Counted from the whole stretch's first letter, positions 13,076 to 26,700 are shown. The stretch: 63,118 bases of DNA, filler included, from Sphacelaria rigidula (GCA_964200075.2; 8 parts of 8 records of this genome joined end to end with filler, not necessarily neighbours in it); one strand, 5' to 3'. The notes: a model not told the origin generated them from the sequence alone. Program-made: numbers and translations.

Positions 13076-15706
13076 CCGCCCCCGTCCCGTCCCCCTCCCC
13101 CCTCCGCCCATTGCGGCGGCCAGCCAGCTCCCTTGTTTAGCGAGAAACTTCTACTACACTCGTAATACGTCGCTTCTCGCAGCCCCAGGGCGACCCGCAG
13201 AACATGATCATTGGCGTTCTATCGACGAAGGCAGGTCCATCTGACCCTTATCAGTTCAAGACCTTTGCTGGAGTTTTGCACATAACGGTGAAGCATTCGC
13301 TCGAACCTCCCACGCGACCCGAGTTCAGTGCCAACGGTACCTAAGTAGTCCCACTTTGGATAGCGTTGACATGAAAAACAGGAATCTCCCGAGCTACGTA
13401 GCCTATTCAATACGGAAGACATGCACGCGATGAAGAAACCATGAGAAAGCCGTTGGAGACGGTTTGACAGGGCTTCACCTATGCCGTGAAGCGAACAAAG
13501 GGACGCCAGCTGGGCGAGCTTCCCTACAAAAAGCAGGATGTAAAAGCGACTTTGACCTTACGTTTCAGTAGTGAGCAGGCTGTATCCATCACAACGACTG
13601 CACAGTCCCATAAAGGAATTGTGCGTGCTTTCGAAGACGGAGAAGGGCCCTGTCTGCATGATAAGTACAAACTTCGAATAGCACATAGATGACGTGAACG
13701 CATGACACAAGACGGTACGCGGCAAGAAGTACAGCCTACGAGGCCCACAGAGCCCACGTTCTCCAAAACGAATTGAGATACACGCAGGATTCTCCATACT
13801 CATCATTGTTTTTTTCAGTAGCTAGCCGCTTCGACCGCGCGGTCTACACGCAACACCTTGCACATACCTGACAATATTTTATCTCAACCCAAACAGAGCC
13901 TACCGAAGCAGCTCAACAGGCGCTCTGTAGGGCACGCACGCCATATTCACATACGAAGTATCCATCTGTGCTAATTTAACGTACCCTTACCGTAAATGGA
14001 TACTCGAGCGCGAAGCTCAGCGTTCCACCCGTAAACGGTATCTCACTTCCTACTGAGGGCTTGGCACAAGTCCGGACTCAAACGGAGGCTGCTAGCAAGT
14101 GCTATTCAATTTTGCAACGGTGATGGCTGAGTCTTTTACACCGTAAGCTATTCGATATCGTGTCTCGGCGGAGAAACTTTTACGGTCCTAATCAAACTTC
14201 GGTACAGGGTGTTGGCGGTTTCGAAGAGGCATCGATCCATTGGCAATATATGGGCTATTTTGGATGGAATCAAGTTGGAGTTTGCTTCAAAGAGGCGGGT
14301 CGACCGGAGTAAGGCTGTGGTTCGGATGGGCGCCACAGGCGCCCATTTGTACGAAAGCGCCTTCAGTGAACGCTAGGAGCGCAGGGGAATGTCAAGCCTA
14401 ACTGGAGATATGTTTCTCGATGCTCGCACTCGAATCAAGTCATATCAACTACGTCGTATATATATATATATAATATATATATATATGTATAACACGTATA
14501 TAGATTCTAGGCTGCCTCCGGTTAAATCTACTGGTCGAAAGGTGTCGTCAAAGATCCCCCATACACATTGCCCGGTGAAAACAGAACGCTCGATCGTGTT
14601 CGTTGACTAGTGTGTCCCAAACACTGCAGCAGTGCTCGCAATTGACTCATTTACCTGCGAAGTGGACGCATACCATGAACGTGTAGAGGTGACGTTTTCA
14701 GAAGACGTGTGCACGTATTAGATAGCACGCGCGTTATGTTTGACGGATTGATGATAGCTGGTGATCCGATACCTCTCCTCTCAACATGGAAAACTAAATT
14801 TCGCGCGAAAAAGGCGGAGAACAGAGTTTCGTTTCGTGTGGGTGCAATCCCGTAGAACGCAAGACCCCGAGAAAGAAAGATATCGCTTTTTTTTATAGGC
14901 AATTACGGTGCTGTCGGAAACGAATACCGAGGTAGCTGCGAGCGTCCCGGCAAAGCACTTGCGAGCGTCTCGGAAAGAAGCGTCTTGGTTTCGGCAAGGG
15001 TTGCTGAAAATCACTGTTGAGCAAAGGGTGTTGCGAATGACGCCGGTGGTCTGGTCTCGAAAAAAACCTCGCGCGGAAAAGTGGAGAGTTCAGTATCTGA
15101 AGTTCGCTGGAGGCCTGGAAGAGCGTGAACGTGAGGAACACGATCTTGTGGTGATGCTGTTGAACCGACCTAGCTTGAGCTTGGTGATGATGCGGTGGAT
15201 TCCGACGTCCGTGATCGAAGATCTCTCTGAGAACTTGGATGTCCTGGGGGAGAACTGTAGTGCTTGACCCTATGGATGCGATGTGCCGATCCGCAGCATA
15301 ACGAGCTGCACGCAGACACTGTTGCTCTATGCACTACTTGTACGAGGCTCATAACCTATTGGTATAGCGGAGTGTGGCCGCTGTCTTGACAAAGTGTGCA
15401 AAGGCTCACAGGGTGACTGTTGAGCACAGTCCTATCATCAGAGATGAAAGATATTCTTAAGTTGCGCTTATGCTGCCAAGAATAGGAAGATGTGGGGCGT
15501 GACCAGGTAGGGGCGTGTACCGCAATGCGAAGTGGTCTATCTGTCGACTCGAAAAGAGACGCACACAGGCTATTGTTCGTACCGACAACGATGAAACGTT
15601 TCGACCCCCTGTCCCTTCGGCCTCCGCGGCCGCCCTGTGCGGCCTTAGCGCGGAGCCTATCAAGGCGTCTCGTTGTAGCTTTCGCACGCCCCCAACTGTC
15701 GTCCCT

Positions 15707-15806
15707 NNNNNNNNNNNNNNNNNNNNNNNNNNNNNNNNNNNNNNNNNNNNTTAATTAATTAANNNNNNNNNNNNNNNNNNNNNNNNNNNNNNNNNNNNNN
15801 NNNNNN
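15707..15806. other. Artificial contig spacer
   Basis: Same 100-bp linker. Confidence 0.98.
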
Positions 15807-16296
15807 CACTCGGGCGACCGGCCGTGTTTAGAATCTATTATGTAGGAGGTGCATAACGCCATCAATTCCAATATTAGAGGTTCGGAATTTTTTTTTTTGT
15901 TATTTTTGAGTGCAAATATCTCACTATCAGAATGTAGCGATATTTTTTTTCCCCTTCCTCAAAAGTGGTATTCCCGGAATTTTTCCGACGATGTTCTTAT
16001 ATTTTATTTCTGCACTTTGATTCTGAGATATTCGCACTCAAAAATATCGAAAAAAGGGTTTTCCGAAACTGCCTATTGTGGACGTGGTTAGATCTCCGTG
16101 GCGACCGGTCTTCCGTGGACCATGGTATCATGAATATTAAATGGGGTTCATATCATCAATGGCATGTACAACACTGATAATGGTTTGAAAAAGGGGAATA
16201 CCCTGACACAAATTTTTGTGTAGCTCTAATCGTTTAGGAACCCCTGAATGAGAAAGATCTGGGCCCGCGTACGCACCCCCTACCTTAGCATGACTC
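15807..16296 (+). mobile_element. Right end of a Sola2-like DNA transposon, apparently cut by the contig start
   Basis: CCCCTGAATGAGAAAGATCTGGGCCC..CCCCTACCTTAGCATGACTC, homologous to the terminus of the 55872-56131 MITE; left extent assumed. Confidence 0.55.
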
Positions 16297-16432
16297 TATA
16301 ATAGTAATATTAGTGTGCTCATGTTGTTATTATTTTTACTGCTTTGTTAACTCGAATAATTAATATTGTAGTATGACGACTGTGATTTTTTTTGTATCGC
16401 GCATTTGGTCCTTCCTCGTGTGTGACCGGCAG

Positions 16433-18938
16433 GGCTTGAGGAGACAGTGGCAACGAAGAACGAGGAAATCAAGAGCGTCGAGCAACGGAAGAAGGACATA
16501 ACAATTAGGGGGAGGTGAGGACACATCTGTTCACCGTGTCACTTTGTTCGGAAAGGTATACGGTCCCATGCATATGTGTGTGTGTTTTTTGTCGCACTTT
16601 TAACCCCTCCCATTTCTCGGGACGAGTCCGTGGTCTCGAGGTATCAACCCATCTCTACCCGGTACGCGCCTCGTGCATGTACTGTTAGATTGGGATATAA
16701 AGGAGACGCCAAATGCCTTCTGTTGTGAAGTTAATGCATCGGGAAAATTGTGAAACTTACCTCGAAATAGAAACTATTGTGGACGGTCATTCGAATATTT
16801 TGAAGTTTTGTGGTCACCTGTATCGTCATATTCTTGATATCCCCCCCCCCCCCTTAACAGGCGTCAACAGGCTACGTGATCATTTTGCGCGCGTGTGTAT
16901 ATGCGTGTGTAGTCGAACCCCTGCTCCTTATTATGACCCTTTTCGTCGCGTATGTACCGTGAATGGTATTGTCTTTCTCTATCGCAGGGACCTAAAGATG
17001 CAGCTGGAGAAACAGCTGAAGACAAAGCACGACGAGATGGAAACCATGAAGGTGAGGACGAGGGTTAAAGAGGTTAGATGCTGGGATTTGTACTACTGCA
17101 ATAGGGCACGTACGACGTATTGCACCAGTGGCTGAGACCAGTTTCTGCTGCTTGTTGTTTCTCGGTTGATCCGAAGATTGTCGTGAAGCGTCTTGGGCAA
17201 GGAGTGGCGGTGTTACAGTCATGGTTGCACAGGACCGTACCCCCCTTATGCACAACAAAACTCATCATATTCTTCATGTGCCATTTCTTACACAGTGATG
17301 AGTGTTCAAGTACAAGGCAGAAAGTGTTCCGTCTGTGGGACGATGCACTGTTCTGTGCTTGTTTTCATCCTGTGTCGGGGTTGACTGTTGACTTCAATGG
17401 CTTCGTGATGGCTCTAGTGTATGGCGCCAGACTGGGAGCAGCTACAGCAGATCGCTCTGGTGAATGGGCAGTTGTGTTGGGACAATTATTTCCCCACTCA
17501 GATATCCAGATATACCGTCTCCAAAACTCCTGGCCCAGGTTCATCGAAGGGTGGGGAATTCTTATGATTTTACATGCCGTAATTATTAGGCCATTGACCT
17601 TGCATCCCTACAATGCTAGGACGGAGCACGTCGGGTTTTCGCCGGACCACGGGGGAGGTCGAGGGATGCGAGGCAGGCGGATGTGTATTTACGTGTGCTC
17701 ATTTCTGTCCATCGATCACGCTTGTGGAACCGCTGCGCGGCACGGGCTCGTGAATGTTTTGTGATGCGCTCCCTTTTTTTTTTGTCAACACCTGGTCGAT
17801 GTCTCTCTTTCTCAGGGACAGAGGGAAACACTCGAACACGAAAACGCGAAGTATCGGCGACGATTGGACGAGGAGAAACAGAAGAGCCTGGAGCAGGACA
17901 GCAAATACACCGCTCTGGCACGCGAGTGCGGGTCGGTGAAGGCGTCTCTGGAAGCGGTGAGGGGTGGTGTATTGGATGGGATAACGCTCACGTAGAACAG
18001 CTTATGAGCTATCTGATCCAACCAATCAAAGATGACCCTCAGGTCCGGTGTTGGAAAATGACACAAAGTGCGTGGCCGCGGGGTCAGAGAATCCAAAGAA
18101 CAACCTTTGCGCTCGCGTGCTTGGTGTCCGGCGCCGTAGGGAGCAAATATGGGAACAAGGGCCAAATTAGCTACAAAGCTCTTGATCCGCATCAGTACAC
18201 TGGTAAGGAGTAATATTCAGGGAGCTCATGACCTGTGCTAGTGAACAATTGACACTAATGTGTACCCATTTCGAACACTGAAGTACCAGAGATATTTTCT
18301 TACATCTTCATCAAGATTTCCCCCCCAGTGTCGCCGATAGGAAATTGAACCCTACAAAATCATACTCCAGGGCTTTCGAAGTCGGCTTTTTCGTTGACAA
18401 GCTGGCTGCCTCCGCCCCCAACAACGAATCTGGTAGCTCCCAGTGTATATCATTGTACAGACACCAACGGTCTTATGACTACGGCATGCGAGATCATGAC
18501 TAGACCCTCCCCCGCGCTGCCCCTACTACTGCATACGCGTGCCGGCGACCCTGAGCTATTTACAATGTTTTTTCTATATTGTCTCTATTTTCTGGCGCTG
18601 GCGGGGCGGCGGGCGTTGTTTTCACAACAGGCGCAGGCAGAGATTGCGAGTGCAGCTAAGGAATTGTCGGCCGTGCGTGAGAACAAAAAGGAAGTGGACG
18701 AAACGCTCTTAGCTAAGGACAAGGAGAACATTCAGGTTGGTTCGCAGCGTGCAATAATCGCTCCTTTCTCTCGTTTTTGATGTCGCCGTCGCTGTCACTG
18801 CCATCGCTGCTGCTGTATATGTTGCTGCATAGTCTTCGTCATTCTATCATATATTGCACCCGTTTCTGTTGTGTGCTTGTGGCGTTGCAGTACACCATAT
18901 CGGTTCGTTTTATTGTTTTTCGTCTTCTTTGGTCCTTT

Positions 18939-18992
<54 letters not shown>

Positions 18993-21386
18993 GGCGGTAC
19001 TCGGCAGCTGACAGCGAAACTCGAGGGCATGGTGCAAGAGATGGCCCGCCTGAAACACCGCGCCAAGCGAGAGGTGACAGAGTTGAGGGACAGGTGAGCC
19101 TGCCGCGATCAGTGACACACACGATGCACACAAACGCCAATACGCTCACGAGCACGCGCGCGGAGAGGAGGGAGGAGGGATGAGGTGGAGAGATACTAGA
19201 AGATGGGGCCCATATATTCACGGGCAACATGAACAAATGATGAACTTGTCTCGCGGTTTCTTGCCTGCTGCAGTCACTGTGTTTGTGTCAAATTAGAGTC
19301 ATTTAACGTCCTTTCAAGCCCTTATACTCTGTTGCACCCATATCGTACGGACCCTTATTTAGCGCTCCTTTATTCACGTGTAGGCGCGATATGATCGTAC
19401 CGTCACAGCCGTCCTCTTCTCCGAAAGTCGTGGTCCTCTGAGGTTGTGGGTAAAAGGCCGGGTTACGCTTACGCAAAAATATTAGCAAGCTTTGACAACA
19501 AACGGAAAAAAAAACGCCCTGCCCTCGCCCCCTCCCCTCCTCCCGTTCTCCTCTCGGAGGAACCCCAAGGAGGAAATAATGCGAACAATGAGTGGAGTCC
19601 TCATGAGTTCACCTTCACCTGTACATCGCGAGCATGGGTTTGAGTTTGACCGAGGTTATCAACCTCTTGATCGTTGGGGGTGGTCATCTGTTGAATCGGC
19701 ATTATTGTTACTTGATAATTGAGTGTAAGATCCAGATGACCCACACTAGCGGTTGAAGGGGCCAAGCATTGTGTCTGATGCATCCGCAACATTTGCTGTT
19801 GTTTCTCATTGATGGTTTTGCTCATGATTTGGTCGTGGGCCTCTGACGACCACGACCTCCCCCAACTGTATGATGTATTTATTTCCTTTGGCAAGCGCTA
19901 GGCTCTTTGGCCTCCAAAGAAAAGCCCAGGAATTTTGATCCGCTGAATCGGCACCATGTGAATTAGTTCATCGAGTTCCCATGCATGCGATAGGTGTCCG
20001 TTTATCTCGGGGTGCTCGACGGGTCAAACCTCTAGACACCCTAGTTTCTTCTCGGAATAATATTTCCGGCTGACCCCGCAGTCTCTAGGAATCGGAGCTA
20101 TAGCTAAGCACCTCCACTCTGTTTGCGACAAAGCCCCCAACGGCAAATTGAGTTGTAATACGCGATCCCCCCTACCCCTACATTTTGTACAGTAATGAGC
20201 AGTGCAGTTGCTTGTCACATGTTTGTTTCCCCGTGGTTCGTTCAATTATCGATGTTGGGGGATATTGGCGTCCATATGGTTGAAGGGGTCGTTTGGGTCT
20301 GGTCGAACTGTGAAAAAAAATTTCATAGTGTTTCCCCTTTCCTGGCTTTGCTGTTTGTTTCCCTGTGCTGGTTTGGAAATGGCAGGATGAATGAGGAGCT
20401 TGGAAGGCACAAGGAACTCGAGGCAACCCTTCAAGACCAGGTTTGTTGTGTGTTTGTGTGTGGGGGGGAGTTGGAGGCTTTTTTGTTTGGGGTCTGCTGA
20501 TGACTTTATCCCGACCGCGATTTTTTCTCCTTTTGTCATCAACGCGGAGCATTCGGGGATGCTTGATTGATTGTTGCACATAAACGCCCCACTGGCTCAG
20601 TTGATAACCTCGGAACCTTCTGACGGTTGGGTCGTGGGTTCGAACCCCGGTGCAGTCACACGATCTGGGATTTTTTCTCACACAATGCCTGACGGTGGAG
20701 AGCAACCATGTCGTGGGTACACAAAATTCGACTTCACGGTCGACGAGGGAAAGGATTGCTGCACCCTCTCTCGATAAAGAGATGAAGCAAGCACCGTAGG
20801 AGGAAGGTGGAGAACTCAAGCAAGCAAAAAGGAAAAAAAAACTCCTGTGTTGGGCTTCCTCCTGTGTGACCCCGGCTGGTGCGCCTACATGTACCGAAAG
20901 GTGTAGACTTGCGTCCAGAATAGATGGGATGGCAAGACACATAAACGGAGGGATGTAGTAAAGATACCGAGCGATGCAAGGTACCTGGATTACAGCATAC
21001 CGTGGACAGAACATTACACTGTAAAAATAAATGTACTGCGTACAGTATCGGATATTTTGTCTACTTTGCAATAGACGGCGCAGTAGTCGATACTGTACGC
21101 AGTATACTTCTTGACAATGTAATATATTTGTCATTGTCCAGGGTGTGGAGTATGACCAGCACCATGCCATACCTCAATCATATCTCGAATGCTTTTACTG
21201 CGAGCACAGATGCGACGGCAGGAGGATGACAATACGGTCATGGTGGACGCTATGGCGGAGGAGAAAGCCGGTCTGGAGCGCAAGTTGGAGGCGGCGAGGG
21301 CAGAGTGTGCCAGGCTGGCGGAAGAGGGAAGCTCGTTGAAAAAGGAGGCGCTCGTCAAGGCCAAGAAGACTGAGGCGACCAGCAAG
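16433..21386 (+). CDS. Coiled-coil protein, six internal exons (partial gene)
   Basis: Exons 16433-16514, 16988-17051, 18631-18735, 19008-19093, 20386-20440, 21210-21386; all AG/GT bounded, phases join into one open E/K/L/A-rich frame (LEETVATKNEEIK..DLKMQLEKQLK..AQAEIASAAKEL..LTAKLEGMVQEM..MNEELGRHKEL..MRRQEDDNTVMV). Confidence 0.9.
18940..18993 (+). repeat. (TTG)18 microsatellite in intron
   Basis: Perfect trinucleotide run ending just upstream of the acceptor AG at 19006-19007. Confidence 0.97.
20587..21030 (+). mobile_element. tRNA-derived SINE (family 1), intronic
   Basis: Head with A-box-like TGGCTCAGTTGA and B-box GGTTCGAACCCC, ~370-bp unrelated body, AAAATAAA end. Confidence 0.8.
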
Positions 21387-21478
21387 GTGAGAGGAGTTGG
21401 CAAGATCTTAGATGTCATGCTAAATATTCTTGAAGCCTAAGGAAAAGGCGAGGTAATTATGATCGGCAAGATGCTTAG

Positions 21479-21574
21479 CCTTTAGACCGCGGTGCGGGTA
21501 GTCCATCTGGGCCACGCATCCTTTTTTCATGTGAATATTGATGCCGATTCAGCAGGTGGCCTACCCTCGCGGTC
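21479..21574. mobile_element. piggyBac-type MITE (uninterrupted copy)
   Basis: CCTTTAGACCGCGG...CCTCGCGGTC; reverse complement of the host element at 57760-58128. Confidence 0.7.
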
Positions 21575-21869
21575 AATTTTTTTGTCTTCTTTTCTCAACG
21601 ATTAGAGCACGGAGGTTCCAGGTGGGGCGGATGCATCAACATAAATATGTTTTCGTACGTATGCACATTTTTGCTTTTTCGTCCGTAGGTGATACACGTA
21701 TCATGAGCACATACGTACATGCGTAAATTTCATAACCTGAGGCTGTGTACGATGTGTTTTTGCAGTCACAGCACCCACTCTCCATCGATGGGATCGAAGA
21801 AGTAAGTACGCCCTCGTGTTGAAGTTCCGGGGTCCACGGGGCGAGAGTTTTAGGTTCCCCCCCCCCATC

Positions 21870-22040
21870 CCAGGATTGGGATGAGAAATGTAGAAGGTTT
21901 TTGTGTAATGTATGGAAGAGATGCAATGAGCACCGAAGTGTTGGGTGTGTCTTTGTTAGGAGTAGGAACGGTGTTCCGTCTCGAAAGGGATGCGTGGTCA
22001 ATGGTTGAAGGACCAAGGCAAGCAACGAATCAGTATCCCT
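21870..22040 (+). mobile_element. LINE family A extreme 3' end
   Basis: GTAGGAACGGTGTTCCGTCTCGAAAGGGATGCGTGGTCAA..GACCAAGGCAAGCAAC matches 12990-13060 and 60280-60360 (minus). Confidence 0.65.
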
Positions 22041-22805
22041 TCCCTCCCCCTTCACTCGTGCGTGCCTCGCTTGCCCGTCATTTTTTCAGTCGGAAGCTCG
22101 GTGGCGCGCACGGGCGGAGGAGACGCTAGCCGCAGCCAACGTAGAAAATCGCGAGCTCAAGGCAGAGGTGATTTTTTTTTCGTACCCTTTTTGACCGTTC
22201 GATTTCCCGTCCCGTACACTGACTGACGGTTCTTGTATACCTTGGTGCATATAGCACATGTATCTCGCTATGCGACTATACAAACCGCGATGTGTCACAA
22301 TTTTTGTGGTGTATTTTATTTTTGCTGCTGATGTGAGAGTGTAGAACCCTGCCCTCCGGCGGGTGGTGTCTTCCCGTTCGTGGGTGTATTACTACTTTTT
22401 GTTCGTTGTATTCTGTCCTTTTTGCAGCATGGCTTCGTGACTACGGGTGCTAGATCTCTGGGAAGAGGCTAATGTGAGAAAAGCTAGCAAAATATATGAT
22501 TCGCGTGATGTGAAGTGGAGGTATCAAGCAAATTTGAGCTTCTTGCGGGTAGCGCTGTCCATGGGATTGACACTCTACATGGCACAGGGGCGTGTTGCCG
22601 GTTGTCTCCGGCAATGTGAAGGCACCCACGCTTGTCCCTGTGTGTTCATGTTCATTTACTCCTCTAGGACTAGCATCAACACTACGTGTCGTAATTCGCC
22701 ATGGTCTTCTTCATAGAATCACGACCGTTTCAATTCACTCGCGCAAGCTGTTAGCCATTAGTCACGCTGCAAGTGCAGGGCTTGCCATTTCGCACCCCCC
22801 CCCCC

Positions 22806-22840
<35 letters not shown>

Positions 22841-22869
22841 ATGAAGAAAAAACAGTATACACCTGTAGT

Positions 22870-23336
22870 GTCGAAATATGACCTATACATGGAGGAACGG
22901 GAAGCTTGGAGGGGGCGTGTGGGAAGTAAACGAAGGTGGTATGAAATCGTTTGATGCGTTAGACAGTATCGAGATAATCGTCGATGGGTCAAACGACCAA
23001 GACAAACAACAAATGAGTGCGATCCCCCTTGCTCTCCCGTCATCCCCGATGCCATCTATATCGTTTGTTTGAGCGCTCAATACCACACGCGTCCTCATTC
23101 CAGAAACGGTGGCTACATCAACGATAATCAGGGCCGTTTTATCAATCGCTTCTTCGGTTCATTTCTTTCAACCATGCCGGAGTGCGTTAGCGGCGCGCCC
23201 ACATATTCCTGCCCCCCCGCCCGCGGGTGGGGAACCTGGACCTGCCAGAAAGAAGAAATATACACTAGTAGTCGAGATAAGGAGGAAGTAGATGCACAGA
23301 ACTGCCCCTGTGGCAAAGCAGTAGAGAGCAGAACTT
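22870..23336 (+). mobile_element. Rearranged LINE family A fragments
   Basis: Downstream piece 22870-23025 precedes the upstream YTSSRDKEEVDAQNCPCGKAVESRT piece (to 23336). Confidence 0.65.
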
Positions 23337-23585
23337 GACTAATGCCGAGATAGCCCCCCCGCAAAAAGTGCACCGGAGACCGTCCGAAAAATCGGCTGCG
23401 ATCCCACTATTAGGCTCGTTTGCAGCAATTTCATCCACACGAGAGGCGTGTAGCAGTCCAAAATCAGCTGTAACGCCCAGTTGAGTCGCGTCGTGCGGCA
23501 CAAAACCAGCTCTAACGGCATTTATGATCATCGTCCCCGTACACTTTTTTGGCCGGTTCGGGGGGGGGCTATCTCGGCAGCAGTC
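23337..23585. mobile_element. MITE related to the GAC..GTC family
   Basis: GACTAATGCCGAGATAGCCCCCCC / GGGGGGGCTATCTCGGCAGCAGTC; 249 bp; no TSD retained. Confidence 0.7.
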
Positions 23586-23609
23586 CGGCGAAAATCATTC
23601 CTTTTCAAA

Positions 23610-23709
23610 NNNNNNNNNNNNNNNNNNNNNNNNNNNNNNNNNNNNNNNNNNNNTTAATTAATTAANNNNNNNNNNNNNNNNNNNNNNNNNNNNNNNNNNN
23701 NNNNNNNNN
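23610..23709. other. Artificial contig spacer
   Basis: Same 100-bp linker. Confidence 0.98.
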
Positions 23710-26700
23710 CATGCCATACCCTCGCTGATCCTCGTTCCTGGCAAACCGTCGTGCACAACTGTACGGTGCATCATGAACTCCCGAAGAGTACTTTCGCCGC
23801 GTCACCTTTGGCTTGGCCGCATCCGCATACTGCTCGACGTTGTGCTTGCTGCATTCTCGTTCCTTGCGTTTCCCCTTCGTTACTGACTGATACTTGCCCA
23901 CGGGTTTTGCCTGAAACCTCACGAGGACAGGCGAGGGCTGGTGAGCTTGGCCGGTTCGGGCAAACTTCATTACACTGCCGGCCACCTGACATACACCGAC
24001 ACAGTCATTTGCTGGAGGGGACCTTGCCTCCGTACGACGCCAACGAGTCTACCTCCGGAGTTGACTCCTGCTCTGCCCAGTCCGTCGGCACCGGTGATGC
24101 TCTTCCGTTCGAAGAGCATCATCGGTTCCGGCGAACTCGGCAGAGCAGGAGTCAACTTCGGAGGTGGACTCGTTGGCATCGTACGTAGGCAAGGTCCCAT
24201 CCAGCAGAATCGCTGTATCGGTGTACGTGAGGTGGCCGGCGATTACAAGTACCGCTTCCTTGATGATGATATCACCGCTCACGTATTTGTTTACCGCTAC
24301 TGCTGCTAGTGGTAGCGTTGTGGTGGTGACGTTAATGCTCATGTCGCTATTATAGCGACGGGTGCTGGTGCAGTACTGGTACCCTGGCCCGGGGACTTGA
24401 GTGCTTGGGCTCATGCCATACCCTCGCTGATCCTCGTTCCTGGCAAACCGTCGTGCACAACTGTACGGTGCATCATGAACTCCCGAAGAGTACTTTCGCC
24501 GCGTCACCTTTGGCTTGGCCGCATCTGCATACTGCTCGGCGTTGTGCTTGCTGCATTCTCGTTCCTTGCGTTTCCCCTTCGTTACTGACTGATACTTGCC
24601 CACGGGTTTTGCCTGAAACCTCAGGAGGACAGGCGAGGGCTGGTGAGCTTGGCCGGTTCGGGCGAACTCCAATTCACCATTCCACTGCCGGCCACCTCAC
24701 GTACACCGACACGGCGATTCGGCTGGAGGGTACCTTGCCTTCTTACGACGCCAACGAGTCTACCTCCGGAGTTGACTCCTGCTCTGCCCAGTCTGTCGGA
24801 ACCGATGATGCTCTTCCGTTCGAGTACGACGCCGACCTGCCCGACTTCACCGCCGCGGTCGACGAGACAGGTCGGTCGCGGCGGTGAAGTCGGGCAGATC
24901 GACGTCGTACTCGAACGGAAGAGCATCATCGGTTCCGACGGACTGGGCAGAGCAGGAGTCAACTCCGGAGGTGGACTCGTTGGCATCGTACGAAGGCAAG
25001 GTACCCTCCCGTAGAATCACCGTGTCGGTGTACGTAAGGTGGCCGGCAGTGAAATGGTGAATTGGAGTTCGCCCGAACCGGCCAAGCTTATCAGCCTGTC
25101 CTCCTGAGGTTTCAGGCAAAACCCGTGGGTAAATATCAGTCAGTAACGAAGGGGAAACGCAAGGAACGAGAATGCAGCAAGCACAACGCCGAGCAGTGTG
25201 CGAACGCAGCCAAGTCAAAGTTGACGCGGTGGAAGTACTCTTCGGGAGTTCATGATGCACCGTACAGTTGTGCACAACGGTTCGCCAGGAACGAGGATCC
25301 GTGAGGGTGTGGCATCGGCCGGCGTATTTCTACCCCCACGGGCAGATTCCCTGAACGTACCCCCAAACTAGAACCAGTTCCAAAGCCTGTTTGAGCAGAC
25401 CCGTCGGTCCGACTAACGCATTTTTGAAAGCATCCCCGGACAAGGGAGCTCACACACGGTTCACGCACGGCACATGGTACAACACTCACACGAACAGCAT
25501 CATAGCCTCCACAGAGATGTACAGACGAAACGCCATCAGCTAGTGGCAAAAGAGCAGCAGCCCTTCACATCATCACATACACGGTTAGCAGGCAGCCGAC
25601 CCAGCTACTTTTGTGCATGGACAGTACATACAGACAGTACTGTATACAGGAGAGCAGCCACGCACGGCGCGATCGTACTGTAAATAATGAGTTTTGTATT
25701 TACCGTAGCGTGTGTTGTACCGACCCTGGGCACTACCAACTGTACCATCTACATCGACGTTGCGCTGGTGCCGTGGTACGGGCGTTCAAGACTGCTGCTG
25801 TTCCTCGCTGTCGTGTTTCCGCCGCCCTCGCCGGTCCCCGCATACACTTGATTGATGTGGAGGGGGGTTGACGTCGAGACACATGTTCGTACAGCAGTAG
25901 TATGTACTCTTGCATTTATTTCAAGAAAAGAAACAACATACATCATTATTATAGTGTACTATACCAGCATGATGAGCCAGCAAAACAAAAATCGAGTGGC
26001 TTTCCATCGATGTCAGCACTCATGTTTCAACCCATCTACTCGTATTCGTTCCTGTGTCTGTCTGAGTAGGTCAATATGTCCACAAATATGACAACCAATA
26101 CCTCGACTCTCATGTAGAAAGTCACGCGCACATCAACCACAAAAGAACACAACAGCTGATGCTGCACCGCTCACTGGAGAGTGCTCATCGGTCCTGCTCG
26201 TCATGAATGAAGAATAATTTGATCCTGGATGATATTGGGCTGCTCCTTCTGTTGTACCTACTACGTGTACAAGGCCAGAGTGTGTTTGCCGTTGTCTCTA
26301 TATCCTTCATCCATTCATTTTGCTGATGGCGGCGGGGAGGGGCGGTCACCTGACCGGTTGAACCACATATAGACATGGAACGTTTTGGCGTGGTGAGGGG
26401 TGATATAGGGACACCTCTTTTCTTGAGGAGAAACAAGTCCATATGACACGAGATACAAGTCCATACTACACGAAGTTCGAGCATATGTGCCTTGATGGCC
26501 AACCTCCCTACATCATCAAGAGTGTGTGGGACCGGCGAGGGCGGCGGAAACACGACGGCGAGGAACAGCAGCAGTCTTAAACGCCCGTACCACGGCACCA
26601 GCGCAACATCTATATAGACGGTACAGTAAGTAGTGCCCAGGGTCAGTACAACACACGCTACAGTAGATACAAAATTCAATATCTACAGTACTGTCGTAGC

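Noticed and set aside
18777..19236. PolyV/N/T/C/Q ORFs
   Set aside because: Translations of (TTG)n; the same applies to 30434-30974.
20587..20660. tRNA gene
   Set aside because: A/B boxes are present but no convincing cloverleaf, and it continues into a SINE body.
20178..21170. 330-aa ORF (longest in track)
   Set aside because: Antisense read-through of the SINE, intron and an exon of the plus-strand gene; not protein-like.
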